Assembly: GCA_027022365.1 (NCBI GenBank)
Contig: JALVYU010000026.1
Span: 1-64,000, forward strand
Reading direction: 5' to 3'
Origin: Desulfurococcales archaeon
GTDB taxonomy: Archaea; Thermoproteota; Thermoprotei_A; Sulfolobales; Desulfurococcaceae
DNA: 64,000 bases
The notes under the pieces were generated by a model. It was not told where the DNA came from. It worked only from the letters and a program-made list of their open reading frames with translations, and did no database searches. Both the position numbers and the translations under genes were made by a program. This document shows positions 28,486 to 38,800 of the stretch, one piece after another. Position 1 is the stretch's first letter. Every line of letters begins with the position of its first letter.

Positions 28486-29434
28486 TATTGATCCCGGTTT
28501 TGCCCGCTCCGTCTCCGAGAGGATATTGAAGGAAGCGGGCAAAATAGTTGTAGGTAAAACAGATGTTCTAAAACATGTCCTTATATCAATGTATGTCGGC
28601 GGACACATCCTACTTGAAGGAGTCCCGGGCGTCGCTAAAACCCTTATCGCAAAAACCATCGCGAGAACGGTCAACCTCTCTTACTCGAGAATACAGGCAA
28701 CGCCAGATCTTCTTCCAAGCGATATCATTGGAACACTCGTCTACGATCCGCGCACAAACGATTTCAAGCCCCGGAAAGGACCTATTTTTGCGAACATAGT
28801 ACTTTTCGACGAGATAAACCGTGCAAGCCCGAGAACACAATCTGCCCTCCTCGAGGCAATGCAAGAGAAACAGGTTACAATGGAGGGAATAACTTACAAG
28901 CTACCCGAACCATTCATAGTGATTGCTACTATGAACCCTATAGAGATGGAGGGAACTTTCCCTCTACCTGAGGCACAACTTGACAGATTTTTACTGAAAG
29001 TTATCGTTGATTACCCGACTAGAGAAGAGAGTAAAGAGATCCTGAGACGAATTCATCGCATCGAGGAATTCGATATAAGGCCTGTTGCCTCGGGAGCAGA
29101 CATACTTATGATTAAAAACATGATAAAACAAGTAAGGATAAGCGATGAGCTTATCACATACATAATAGACCTTGTCGAAGCCACTCGTAAACACCCCCAT
29201 GTAAGGCTCGGCGGCTCCCCGAGAGCAATGATAAGCCTACTCCTCACCAGCAAGGCGAACGCCTTAATCGAGGGAAGAGACTATGTTATACCTGACGATA
29301 TCAAGTTCGTCGCTAAACCTGTTCTAAGGCACAGGATCATATTAAAACCCGAGGCAGAATTCGAGGGGATCAAACCAGATCAGGTAATAGATAACGTATT
29401 GCAGAAAACACCAGTCCCAACACCGGGTGTATGA
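28460..29434 (+). CDS. moxR: MoxR family AAA+ ATPase
   Basis: GHILLEGVPGVAKT, TPDLLPSD, DEINRASPRTQSALLEAMQE, EGTFPLPEAQLDRF. Confidence 0.96.
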   Translation: MTSPTLSNNIDPGFARSVSERILKEAGKIVVGKTDVLKHVLISMYVGGHILLEGVPGVAKTLIAKTIARTVNLSYSRIQATPDLLPSDIIGTLVYDPRTNDFKPRKGPIFANIVLFDEINRASPRTQSALLEAMQEKQVTMEGITYKLPEPFIVIATMNPIEMEGTFPLPEAQLDRFLLKVIVDYPTREESKEILRRIHRIEEFDIRPVASGADILMIKNMIKQVRISDELITYIIDLVEATRKHPHVRLGGSPRAMISLLLTSKANALIEGRDYVIPDDIKFVAKPVLRHRIILKPEAEFEGIKPDQVIDNVLQKTPVPTPGV

Positions 29435-30783
29435 CGAAATTGGAAGAGACAGGCGTCAAAGCTACTTCGAGGTTTTTAGGTCTAATTTTCATAATGGGAT
29501 TACTCGTCTCACTTGAGCTCATATTCCATAGGAAGATATCGAACTTTACGATTTATACTATAGCAGGCATAATCGGCTATATGATGGCTATGAGAATAGT
29601 TTTGGAACTGAGCCTAAGACAAGCCTATTTGATAAAGGCTGAGAGAATTTTCTTGGATCCATTGATAGAAGGCACCAATGTAAGAACAAAGCTAGTGATC
29701 AGGAATGACGGCCCAATACCGATCTTCTATGTAACGGTCAATGATCTTTATCCAGAGCTCTTTAGAAAAGTCTCAGGCCATAGCAGGACTACGTGTATGT
29801 TAATCCCGAAGAGCAGTGTAGAGCTGAATTATGTGATTAAACCAGTGCTGGGAAAGCATAGATATAGGGGTGTAGAGCTGATAATAAGGGATCCGGCAGG
29901 CCTCTTTAATTATAAGCTAGTCCTAAAGACTAAGCATGACATTGTCAGGGTCAAGCCTAAACCGCTCCCAATACCGAAAGGCATTGCTTATCCTATAGTT
30001 TCCAGAAGCCTAGGACTAGGGCGTTCTAGGATAAGAGGCATAGGCCAGGAATTCATGAGTCTGAGAGAATATGTTCCAGGCGACGACTATAGGTTCATTG
30101 ACTGGAAAAGCTATGCGAGACTCCATAAGCTCTACGTCAAAGAATTCGAGAAAGAAGCCTCGCTGAGCCTAGTAATAATAATAGATGCGTCCAGGGAGAT
30201 GATGAAAGGCCTCATGGGAACGACCGCAATAGAGCATGTTGCCAGGGCTACAGCTGGTATAGCGAAAAACGTTCTACACAGGGGAGACTGGATAAGCGTT
30301 ACGATCAGGAGCAGTAAGAACATATCCTCGGGGTACGGAAGAGGAAGGTATCATCTCTATAGGATTCTCGAGGCTATCTCAAGCATAGAGTGGCAGGACG
30401 AGAAGCCTAGATCAAGCCTTGGCGAAATTATTTTTGACGAAATAAAACGTATACCCCGTAGAACAAAAACAATATTCATACTGTTTACGATCCTTGAAAA
30501 TGAGAAACAAGCAGAGGAAATAATATCAATAGCGAATACACTCCGCCAACAACGCCATATCTTCATGGTTATACAGCCAGTTCCAGAACTTTTCGAGATA
30601 AAGAAGTTTAGGGGGGCAGAGGCAGGACTATACCTAGCACTCATGCGGGAAAAAATAAAGAGAGCAAGAAAATTCAGTGAGCATCTTATAAGAAATGGTG
30701 TTAGAACGGTTAATGTTGGCCCTGACGATCTTTTACCTATGACGCTCAAGCTAATCGATAGCCTACGCTCAGGTGCGATGTAA
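29431..30783 (+). CDS. DUF58 family vWA-like protein
   Basis: EFMSLREYVPGDDYRFIDWKSYAR...VKEFE, IDAS..M. Confidence 0.93.
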   Translation: MTKLEETGVKATSRFLGLIFIMGLLVSLELIFHRKISNFTIYTIAGIIGYMMAMRIVLELSLRQAYLIKAERIFLDPLIEGTNVRTKLVIRNDGPIPIFYVTVNDLYPELFRKVSGHSRTTCMLIPKSSVELNYVIKPVLGKHRYRGVELIIRDPAGLFNYKLVLKTKHDIVRVKPKPLPIPKGIAYPIVSRSLGLGRSRIRGIGQEFMSLREYVPGDDYRFIDWKSYARLHKLYVKEFEKEASLSLVIIIDASREMMKGLMGTTAIEHVARATAGIAKNVLHRGDWISVTIRSSKNISSGYGRGRYHLYRILEAISSIEWQDEKPRSSLGEIIFDEIKRIPRRTKTIFILFTILENEKQAEEIISIANTLRQQRHIFMVIQPVPELFEIKKFRGAEAGLYLALMREKIKRARKFSEHLIRNGVRTVNVGPDDLLPMTLKLIDSLRSGAM

Positions 30784-32024
30784 TGTTCAGAAGACTGAAT
30801 ATATCATCGGATAAGATCTACTCTCTAAGGGTAATAGTGATTTACGCGATCATTAATATGTACCCACTATACTCATTTATGTCGTCTGAGACACTGATAC
30901 CGGACGCCTACATTAGGCTTGCCCTCATGGCTTCATCTATTGTATGGTTATTTGGAGTCCTTAAGGCTAATCCGGTCCCGCTAATAGTTTACTATGTATT
31001 TAACGGCCTGTTACTGAATACCCTAATGCCCGTACAGAAACCATATGTTATGATGACTCTAATCTATAGCCTCTTAGCAATACATACTGATTTCATCGTT
31101 AAATATGTTGCAGGGTTAGGAACTAGAAAACATCATATCAGGATACCGTATTTAGTTGTAACAATTATAATGTTCATAGTGCTCGCAGGAATATTTATAC
31201 TGTCCAGTATCGGAATATCGATGATGCTGAATAATTATGTGGAAACAATTGTTGCTTCATCCGTAAATATCTTCCAGGTTTTCTTTCGAGAAATAATAAT
31301 GACTAGGATAGGTTCGATCATTCTATTCTTCCTCATTATGGGATTACTGTATGTTCTACTAAACGATTATATCGTATCACTGATATCCGACTTAATACTA
31401 CTCAATCCTAAATTTGCCGAGGAACGTATAAGGAACATTGTTTCCTACGAAGCGCATCAATTATTAGTAGGCAAAGATCCTATTGTCAACATTTACAAGC
31501 GCTCATCCCTATTTATTATTGGTCTTCTAGTATTCGTAGGCTTAGCACCAATCTATAATATATATATCAAGTTTTTCAATAATGAGTGGTATGGCTATAT
31601 AATAAGCTTCGTCATGTGGTCGGTGCTATCATGGGGGTTCTATAAAGCCTTCACAAACTATGTTGAGGGGGCTCTTGTCCGAATTGATAAAAGGGATCCT
31701 TTTGAGGAAGCTAAGAAGTTAGCCCATGCAAGAGCAGGCTTTGTCATTTCAATAATACTGCTAGCTGGATTTTTAGCACTAGTTGTAATCATACATGGAA
31801 ACCCATTGCTAATGTTAGAGAGAACATTGCTAGCCCCTGTATCCCAGTACCTAACACCGGGTTATACTATACCTCCTACGTACATGGATAGGGTATATTA
31901 TTATACAAACCTATTATCGAGCACCCTAGTTAAATATATGTACAACTATGTAGAACAAGTAGGGCAGACGTACTTGAACTTAATGAACATGATAAAGTAT
32001 TTGATAAATATCCTATGGGGGTAG
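30783..32024 (+). CDS. Polytopic membrane protein (MoxR operon)
   Basis: About 8-9 hydrophobic segments; TAATG coupling to DUF58 gene. Confidence 0.75.
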   Translation: MFRRLNISSDKIYSLRVIVIYAIINMYPLYSFMSSETLIPDAYIRLALMASSIVWLFGVLKANPVPLIVYYVFNGLLLNTLMPVQKPYVMMTLIYSLLAIHTDFIVKYVAGLGTRKHHIRIPYLVVTIIMFIVLAGIFILSSIGISMMLNNYVETIVASSVNIFQVFFREIIMTRIGSIILFFLIMGLLYVLLNDYIVSLISDLILLNPKFAEERIRNIVSYEAHQLLVGKDPIVNIYKRSSLFIIGLLVFVGLAPIYNIYIKFFNNEWYGYIISFVMWSVLSWGFYKAFTNYVEGALVRIDKRDPFEEAKKLAHARAGFVISIILLAGFLALVVIIHGNPLLMLERTLLAPVSQYLTPGYTIPPTYMDRVYYYTNLLSSTLVKYMYNYVEQVGQTYLNLMNMIKYLINILWG

Positions 32025-32027
32025 CAA

Positions 32028-32249
32028 ATGGTAAAGGCACGGGATGTCGTTACACCCATAATAGGGTTTATACTCGTAGGTTTCAGTATCTATGTATTTC
32101 TATCGGCCATAAGACTCATGATAATCCGTGATGTCCCGAGCAGTCTACTAGCTACACTAATAGGCTTTGTATCGCTAAGTGGCGGTATTACGATGATACG
32201 CACATGGAGTCTTACAAGGTATCTTGCCGAGAAAAAAGAAGAGAAATAG
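32028..32249 (+). CDS. Small two-TM protein (MoxR operon)
   Basis: 73 aa, two hydrophobic helices, GGGGGT RBS. Confidence 0.7.
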   Translation: MVKARDVVTPIIGFILVGFSIYVFLSAIRLMIIRDVPSSLLATLIGFVSLSGGITMIRTWSLTRYLAEKKEEK

Positions 32250-32321
32250 TCAGCCAGGGGTTCACTGCGCACATCACACCCCTGTAGCGGGGTGCTCGCC
32301 AGCGGCAGGGCCTCTTCATAC
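32248..32321 (-). ncRNA. Box C/D guide sRNA with GC hairpin between D' and C'
   Basis: Minus strand: C AUGAAGA - GGCCCUGCCGCUG - D' GCGA - hairpin CACCCC/GGGGUG - C' GUGAUGU - GCGCAGUGAACCCCUGG - D CUGA. Confidence 0.72.
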
Positions 32322-32394
32322 CAGTGTAAGATATTAGTGGTGGGACTCTAATTTTTAACTCACATATTACCAGTTTAAAGTTAGGTGGAGTACA

Positions 32395-33453
32395 ATGGTT
32401 AGTGGCGAGTTACTGCAGTTCATGTCCCGAAGCATTAGCGGCGACATAATATATACTTCGACGACCCCGAATATCCGATTGGGCGGCTTCCACCCTTCTA
32501 GGGAAACTATTCCCTTAAGCCTCGTCCATCCTAAAAATGCTGAGCTAGACTGTGCACTCCTTGAGATAGGAGTTATTGTTCCGAGACCGGACGTTCACTG
32601 GAGGGTGAAGGTTAACGGCATATCTGTTACGAAGGAATTCAAACCGCATGTAACGGCCCGGCTTAAAACGGGTTTGTTTGCAAAACTTGTTTATGATATA
32701 ACCAGTATCCTGAAGACCCCGGAGGGCCTCCGTAGAAGGAGAGTCAATGTAACCTTTAAACAAGATGGTGGCGAACACATAGTAATCGATCACATAGGGA
32801 TACTGGCTCTATACAAAAGCGACGAAGCATACACGGACATCCTATACCTTAGCGGGGCACTAAGCATAGAGCCCGGAGAAGAATATTCTTCTGAACTAAG
32901 ATACCCTGGATCAACAGGTGTTTTCAGGAGCACGGTCTTCCTGCCAAGTAAATACGCTAGGGGCTCTATCGTGATCGATGATAATCTCTCAATACCTCTC
33001 GAAGGATTCCAAGGTTACGACGAGGTAGTATCTCAACTAGACGGCATAAGTCCCGGAGTCCGTGTCAAGATAATTCATGAAGAAACGTCGACTCAGTATT
33101 TCCCGAAGGAGATGAGGGTTTCGAACATACTGGTATACAACACGAGATACAAGCCCACTAAGCTGGAGCTCGTCGATGTAGCCTATAATAAGAAGGGGGC
33201 CGAGGATGTGGATTTCATCATCAAGCTCGCAAACACTGGAGAGACAAGACCTGATATGAATATGGTTGTAATAATGTATTTAGGGAATGTTGCAGCTAGG
33301 AAGATCTTCCAGCCAATCGAGCCTGGCCAAGAGCGTGAACTAAGAATATCAACTAAGCTCCCGAAAGGAGAATACGATATTGTTGTTCGCATCATATGGA
33401 GAAAATTATCAAAGACGTGGTTTGAGGATCGGAAACTACGCATAAAGGTCTGA
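32395..33453 (+). CDS. Conserved hypothetical beta-rich protein with CARDB/Ig-like C-terminus
   Basis: AGGTGG RBS; IKLANTGET...IEPGQER...GEYDIVVRI C-terminal pattern. Confidence 0.72.
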   Translation: MVSGELLQFMSRSISGDIIYTSTTPNIRLGGFHPSRETIPLSLVHPKNAELDCALLEIGVIVPRPDVHWRVKVNGISVTKEFKPHVTARLKTGLFAKLVYDITSILKTPEGLRRRRVNVTFKQDGGEHIVIDHIGILALYKSDEAYTDILYLSGALSIEPGEEYSSELRYPGSTGVFRSTVFLPSKYARGSIVIDDNLSIPLEGFQGYDEVVSQLDGISPGVRVKIIHEETSTQYFPKEMRVSNILVYNTRYKPTKLELVDVAYNKKGAEDVDFIIKLANTGETRPDMNMVVIMYLGNVAARKIFQPIEPGQERELRISTKLPKGEYDIVVRIIWRKLSKTWFEDRKLRIKV

Positions 33454-33460
33454 ATAGGTT

Positions 33461-34285
33461 TCAAACATAGTGTATCTCCAAATCCTTACCATCCACATAT
33501 TCTTCTATGAGTTTCCGATGTTCTCTTCTCGTGCCTTTCTTTTCGACAACAATGATCTCCGGTGGAGGAACTGTTTTCTCTACCATCATGTCGAGAGTTT
33601 CGAATGACAGATATGGCAATGCATACTTGGCCATGATGTGGCCATACGTATATTTTTGCTCGAGGGCTAGCCTAGTGTGTTTTCTAGGATAGTGTCCTCC
33701 GCCTATCCCAATTGCTACTCGTGTCTTTAGAGGCCCCTTCTCGAGGAATTCCACGACGGCTAGGCCAACTACTTCGTGGTTTGAGGCAAGGCTCCATTCA
33801 TCCAATGAGCTACCGATCTCGATGAAGCATAGAGGCTTCGAAACCTCTGTTGGCCCGTGATGCGTAGCTTCATAACTGACCTCGTATTCCCTACACTTAC
33901 CTTTTTCTTCACAATAATGTTTGAGGCCAAGCAATAATCTATGAGACGCTGTCGAGAAAGCTGGTGCCAGTCTGCTTGGTTTACCACCATATGGTGCTTC
34001 AGGCCCATAGTTCCCCGTATGGTGTACGGTGAAACTCTTAACTCGTTTAGCGCTTGAGTGCCGCGAGAGTATAATGTATCCATCCATGTTGCCTACCCGC
34101 TTATCCAGGAAGTCGAAGTAAATAGTGTCTTCGCTAAACCCCACTAAGACGAAGCGTTTTTCCTCAAAACATTCTTCTGCTCCAGATATCTGCTCGCTGC
34201 ATTTCCCTAGGCTAAAATAGTCTCTGATCCAGTATGCAATACCTTTCCCGGCAGGGTCTTTCAGACTATATATTAGGCCATACAT
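33461..34285 (-). CDS. dtdA: D-aminoacyl-tRNA deacylase, archaeal DTD2
   Basis: LSRHSS, TVHHTGN, EATHHGPT, FIEIGS, GGGHY, GHIMAKY. Confidence 0.94.
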   Translation of the reverse strand: MYGLIYSLKDPAGKGIAYWIRDYFSLGKCSEQISGAEECFEEKRFVLVGFSEDTIYFDFLDKRVGNMDGYIILSRHSSAKRVKSFTVHHTGNYGPEAPYGGKPSRLAPAFSTASHRLLLGLKHYCEEKGKCREYEVSYEATHHGPTEVSKPLCFIEIGSSLDEWSLASNHEVVGLAVVEFLEKGPLKTRVAIGIGGGHYPRKHTRLALEQKYTYGHIMAKYALPYLSFETLDMMVEKTVPPPEIIVVEKKGTRREHRKLIEEYVDGKDLEIHYV

Positions 34286-34388
34286 GCTCGCAGCACCATC
34301 AAGGCAATCATGTTATACCAGTGTAAGAATAGATTATGAAATAATGCTATTTAGGATATAGTGCTCGGAAAGAAGAAAGGGATTAACA

Positions 34389-35084
34389 ATGTTTAGGATT
34401 AATGAGAGTGTTTGGCGAAGACGTAAGATTGAGTTCTGGCAGAGGCTGTGGGAAGATCTCGAGATAGGGTATCTCGACGAAGATCTAATGCCGATCCTCA
34501 TACTATTCTATACAGACAAGAAAATACATACCTTAAGCAGCTGTAGTGGAAGAATAATCGTTGCCGATTCAACGTTTCCATGGAGCAGGGAAGAGACTAG
34601 TGTTGTATATAAGAAGCACTCCCCCATCAGCGTGGATGAAGTAGAGGATATCTTAGAATATTCTCCGGTGAGACGATTATGGCTTAATGTTACGGGCCCC
34701 ATAATACATGTTTCCGCCTTAGATATGGGTACTGCAGAGAAAGTCCTAGTTATTGCGAGGAACTCGGGAATGAAGCACAGTGGTATCCTCTCCTTGTCCG
34801 AGAACAAGGGAATAGTCCTCGAGCTTACAACAGGTGTTAAACTTACACATTTACTAAGAACTCCGGGAACACTGATTACTGATTTGTCTAAATTAGACAG
34901 GCTTATTGACATTGCGAACCAAGTATTATTAGAGGGTAAAAAGATTCTCTGTAGACTATATGCGGCTCTGAAAAAATATATGCCATTCATACCCGACGAC
35001 GAAATAATCAGTGATCTCAGAGGCCACGGTCTGTCTTTGGAAAAACTATCTCCTCCAAATTATTGTCAAGAACTCTTGTTATAA
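34389..35084 (+). CDS. taw3: tRNA wyosine-derivative methyltransferase Taw3
   Basis: GYLDED, TLSSCSGRI, KKH, PIIHV, SGMKHSGI. Confidence 0.9.
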   Translation: MFRINESVWRRRKIEFWQRLWEDLEIGYLDEDLMPILILFYTDKKIHTLSSCSGRIIVADSTFPWSREETSVVYKKHSPISVDEVEDILEYSPVRRLWLNVTGPIIHVSALDMGTAEKVLVIARNSGMKHSGILSLSENKGIVLELTTGVKLTHLLRTPGTLITDLSKLDRLIDIANQVLLEGKKILCRLYAALKKYMPFIPDDEIISDLRGHGLSLEKLSPPNYCQELLL

Positions 35085-36216
35085 TATGATCGATTCTTTG
35101 CAACTCTTTTGAAAGAACGGACAGTTCTTTCTCCCCTATAGATATTGTTGGGTGCGATGGCCTCAGACGGCATTTTCCAACGTCAACGTTCAGCTCGTTA
35201 AACCCCATTCTCCTACCCAGCTCGATTATCTCTAGCTTATCCATGAAAGCAACAGGTCTGTACACTGGAATAGGCGAGAGCATAGTTAGGGCGGACATAT
35301 TATTTAGAGTTTGAGATGCAACCTGCCCTATCGATTCACCCGTGACTATTCCACGACAACCTATTTTTTGGGCTAACTTGAATGCGTATCTATACATTAT
35401 TGCTTTGCAGGCAATACACCTAATACCAGCGGGAATCTTAAGCTCTAGTAGAGGCTTTGATGCGTTCTTAATGATATAGGCCTTCATATCATACCACGGC
35501 ACCCACTCATATAGTAGTTTTAACGAGCGATGAGCTCTCATAATTGCCTTCTCCCCCCAGTACGGATATAAATCAACAAATAATGGAATAATCTTGACAC
35601 CCCGCTTCATTGCTAAGACTGACGCTACCGCAGAATCTACACCACCCGATACAAGCGATATGAGGCACCCCTCTACCCCGTACGGCAACCCGCCTGGGCC
35701 TGGTATTTCTTCGGTGTAGACGTATACTTTGCGCCGCCTTATCTCAACCCTGATCTCTATATCAGGCATATCTAGATCAATTCTCAATCCCGTCCTATAA
35801 GCTACTCTATCGCTAAGCTCCTTGGCTAGGCCACGCGAGGATATCGGAGCATCTCCTCGTATGACCCTTATAGCAAAACTATCTATATCGAGGAAAGAGA
35901 TTATCTCGATGATCGAATCAAGGATCTTTCTCGGAGAAAAATCTAACTGTATTGCCGGGCTAAAACTTGAAATCCCAAATACATGTCCAAGTATATCAAA
36001 TAGTCTATTGCTAGGTTCTGGATCGATAATTACTATCCTAGGTTCGTAAGCAACTATTTTTGTATCGAAACCTTCACGGACCAATCTTTTCTCTATGCTT
36101 TCCACTAGTCTATTAAACATATATTTTCGCGACCACGAGCCCAGTCTCACCATATACTCGCCGGGCCTTACAAGCGTGGTGTTCCATAGTTCATACGACA
36201 TTATAAGCACCATCAT
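35017..36216 (-). CDS. thiI: tRNA sulfurtransferase ThiI/TtuI (THUMP + PP-loop, no rhodanese domain)
   Basis: GPGGLPYG, SGGVDS, RCIACK, TGESIGQVASQTL.N, YRP. Confidence 0.9.
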   Translation of the reverse strand: MMVLIMSYELWNTTLVRPGEYMVRLGSWSRKYMFNRLVESIEKRLVREGFDTKIVAYEPRIVIIDPEPSNRLFDILGHVFGISSFSPAIQLDFSPRKILDSIIEIISFLDIDSFAIRVIRGDAPISSRGLAKELSDRVAYRTGLRIDLDMPDIEIRVEIRRRKVYVYTEEIPGPGGLPYGVEGCLISLVSGGVDSAVASVLAMKRGVKIIPLFVDLYPYWGEKAIMRAHRSLKLLYEWVPWYDMKAYIIKNASKPLLELKIPAGIRCIACKAIMYRYAFKLAQKIGCRGIVTGESIGQVASQTLNNMSALTMLSPIPVYRPVAFMDKLEIIELGRRMGFNELNVDVGKCRLRPSHPTISIGEKELSVLSKELQRIDHIITRVLDNNLEEIVFPKTDRGL

Positions 36217-36276
36217 AGGTGTTGAGGGTAGGAGTTTTATTACTGTTTATTACTTTTTTTGTTTAGGCGATATTAT

Positions 36277-36621
36277 ATGTCAGACGAAACAAAATATGTA
36301 TCTTATGAAGAGTTCATGAAGATAGATCTTAGGGTAGGCAAAGTTATCAGTGCCGAAAGAGTCAAGGGAAGCAAAAAACTGTTAAGACTAATAGTTGATC
36401 TGGGAGAGCTCGGCAAGAGGCAGATCATTGCAGGTCTAGGCAAATGGTATGAGCCAGAATACTTTATTGGAAAGAATATCATCGTTGTCGCCAATCTACA
36501 GCCAAAGAAGATCTTCGGACTAGAGAGCCAAGGAATGTTGTTAGCCGCCGATACTCCGGAGGGAACGCCTGTGCTCTTAACAACCGATAAACCAGTAGAA
36601 CCGGGCGCCAAGGTTAGGTAA
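36277..36621 (+). CDS. Stand-alone tRNA-binding OB-fold protein (MetRS C-terminal/Trbp111-like)
   Basis: F.KIDLRVGKV, KLL.L.VDLG, RQIIAGL, NLQPKK..GLESQGMLLAA. Confidence 0.92.
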   Translation: MSDETKYVSYEEFMKIDLRVGKVISAERVKGSKKLLRLIVDLGELGKRQIIAGLGKWYEPEYFIGKNIIVVANLQPKKIFGLESQGMLLAADTPEGTPVLLTTDKPVEPGAKVR

Positions 36622-36650
36622 AAGGCCTTTGTAGTTACAAACTTTATTCA

Positions 36651-38054
36651 TTACTCGATCTTTTTCCTATATTTCATATATTTTATCATTGCTGCAAGAC
36701 TGGCGACTGCTCTTTCCGGACTGGGATAAGCTGGTATACCGTTCCTATTGAGTATCTTCATAGCTTCATACGTGTCATATCCTCCAACAAAACCAGCAAC
36801 TATTGGTTTCTGCTTGTCCTTATGCTTATTCACGACATCTATAATCGCTCTCGCCAGGTATCTCGGGTCTAGGATCGCGGTCCTACAATATAGAACAACA
36901 ATATTATCAACCTCAGGACTCTCATAAGCAGTTTCCAGTGCTTTGACATAGTTCTCAACGCCAGCCTGGCCAGTAAGGTCTACAGGGTTCTTGGGGCTAC
37001 CGAACCACGGCATAGCTTTTCTTAGTTCTTCCTTTAACTGCTCACTAGGCACTATTAGCTCGACGCCGTGCTCCTCCGCCGCATCAGTTGCTAGGACTCC
37101 GACTCCTCCACCGTTAGTTATTATTATTGTCTTCTCTCCACGAGGTATCGGTTGCTCTGCAAACGCTCTTGCCCAATCAAACATCTCCTCCACGGTCAGA
37201 GCTCTTAGGATGCCTGCTTGTTTAAATGCCGCACTATATATCTGATCGCTACCCGCGAGGCTACCAGTATGGCTTGCAGCTGCCTGGGCACCTCTCTTGC
37301 TACGGCCTGCCTTGATCACTATGACTGGTTTCTTCTTTGTGATCTTCTTCATTTCTGTTATGAATCTCTGGCCCTGTCCCGGCTTGAGTCCTTCGAGATA
37401 AATTGTTATTACGCGGGTGTTGGGGTCATCGGCTAGGAAGTGTGATACGTCTACTGGGTCTATATCGCACATATTACCCATGCTCACGATTGCCGATATC
37501 CCTATCTCCTCCATTATAGTCCAGCCCATGAGCGCTATGCCTAGGGCCCCGCTCTGAGTAATGAAGGCTATTGGGCCCGCTCTGAGGTCTTTGGGGCCAA
37601 ATGTGGCGTTCAGATTGGCTGGAGTATATGCTATACCGAATATGTTTGGCCCTAGAACCCTCATACCATATTTTCTCGCGATTTCAACGAGCTTCCTCTC
37701 AGCCTCTACATTCCCTACCTCACTGAATCCTGATGTGATTACCACTAGTACTTTTACTCCTTTCTTACCAGCCTCTTCAGCTACTTTTAGTACGACTGGC
37801 TCGGGAACAACGATTATCGCCATATCGACCTCGTCCGGTATCTCTGTAAGGGATTTATAGGCCTTCAATCCCAGGATCTGGTCGGCCTTCGGGTTTACTG
37901 GATATATCTTGCCTTTGTAACCACACTCTATGATGTTCTTGAGAATCGTATAACCTATTTTGCCGGGATGTCTGCTGGCCCCGACGACAGCTATGCTTCT
38001 CGGCTTAAAAAGAGCCTCAATATTTGGATCTACCATAAGCACCACCCAAAGCAC
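36651..38054 (-). CDS. acdA: ADP-forming acyl-CoA synthetase alpha subunit (probable start 38036)
   Basis: PRSIAVVGAS, GPNIFG, TQSGALG, SHTGSLAG (phospho-His), TNGGGVG, NPVDLTG. Confidence 0.93.
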   Translation of the reverse strand: MLWVVLMVDPNIEALFKPRSIAVVGASRHPGKIGYTILKNIIECGYKGKIYPVNPKADQILGLKAYKSLTEIPDEVDMAIIVVPEPVVLKVAEEAGKKGVKVLVVITSGFSEVGNVEAERKLVEIARKYGMRVLGPNIFGIAYTPANLNATFGPKDLRAGPIAFITQSGALGIALMGWTIMEEIGISAIVSMGNMCDIDPVDVSHFLADDPNTRVITIYLEGLKPGQGQRFITEMKKITKKKPVIVIKAGRSKRGAQAAASHTGSLAGSDQIYSAAFKQAGILRALTVEEMFDWARAFAEQPIPRGEKTIIITNGGGVGVLATDAAEEHGVELIVPSEQLKEELRKAMPWFGSPKNPVDLTGQAGVENYVKALETAYESPEVDNIVVLYCRTAILDPRYLARAIIDVVNKHKDKQKPIVAGFVGGYDTYEAMKILNRNGIPAYPSPERAVASLAAMIKYMKYRKKIE

Positions 38055-38134
38055 GTATATACGCGTGTTTTTCTACGTAGACTTCAATATACACTGATTC
38101 GGATATGTAGGTAATAAGGATTAATCTTTAAAAT

Positions 38135-38800
38135 TTACAATGAAACGCTCAGATAATTGTGAATATTCCTTAGGAACCCGATTATACTCTGATTAACACA
38201 GATATCTGCTATTTCACAGTAGGGATTATAAGAGCTATCAACAACTACGAGTCGGACATCTTTAATCTTCGGTACAACAATCATGATGTTTATGGGGCTA
38301 AGATAAGGTGATACGCCCAAAACAACTATTGTGTCTGAAGCCATTAAGTCCAGAAGCATATCTCTGTATTTTTCATAACTTAGACACGATCCTGTAGTTA
38401 TAAGCTTTTCATCTTCATCGTCGTATAAAAGACACAATACTTGTTCCCCCATGTAGCATTTTGTTAGACAATAAGGTGATACGTCGATCAAATGATCTAT
38501 AAGTCCACGATCATATAACGCCTTTATGTTCTGTAGCATCCCAGCAGCGTCTTCAACAATATCTTTACATCTATTGTTCCAGCTGAGATCAGTAGCAATG
38601 ATTTCTTCCTTATCAATAAAACTATATCTGTATGGTTGGTAGTCGTGGTAAGGGTGATATCCTAGCTCTTTATAGAAACCACTTCCAAGAACTACTGTAG
38701 TCTCGTAGTCTCGCATAAGCCTTATGATCTCTGAATAATTATTCATTCCTTTCCCCTGGCAAGAACTTCTGGAAATGCTGAACTGAAAAGGCGTTGTCAC
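38135..38800 (-). CDS. Degenerate Sir2-like fold protein (probable start ATG 38746, overlapping the helicase stop)
   Basis: VVLGSGF in place of GAGxS; C-terminal DTIVVLGVSPYLSP...LVVVD...ADICV resembles the sirtuin GTS..V.P...INxE...AD segment; no QNxD or catalytic HG. Confidence 0.55.
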   Translation of the reverse strand: MTTPFQFSISRSSCQGKGMNNYSEIIRLMRDYETTVVLGSGFYKELGYHPYHDYQPYRYSFIDKEEIIATDLSWNNRCKDIVEDAAGMLQNIKALYDRGLIDHLIDVSPYCLTKCYMGEQVLCLLYDDEDEKLITTGSCLSYEKYRDMLLDLMASDTIVVLGVSPYLSPINIMIVVPKIKDVRLVVVDSSYNPYCEIADICVNQSIIGFLRNIHNYLSVSL

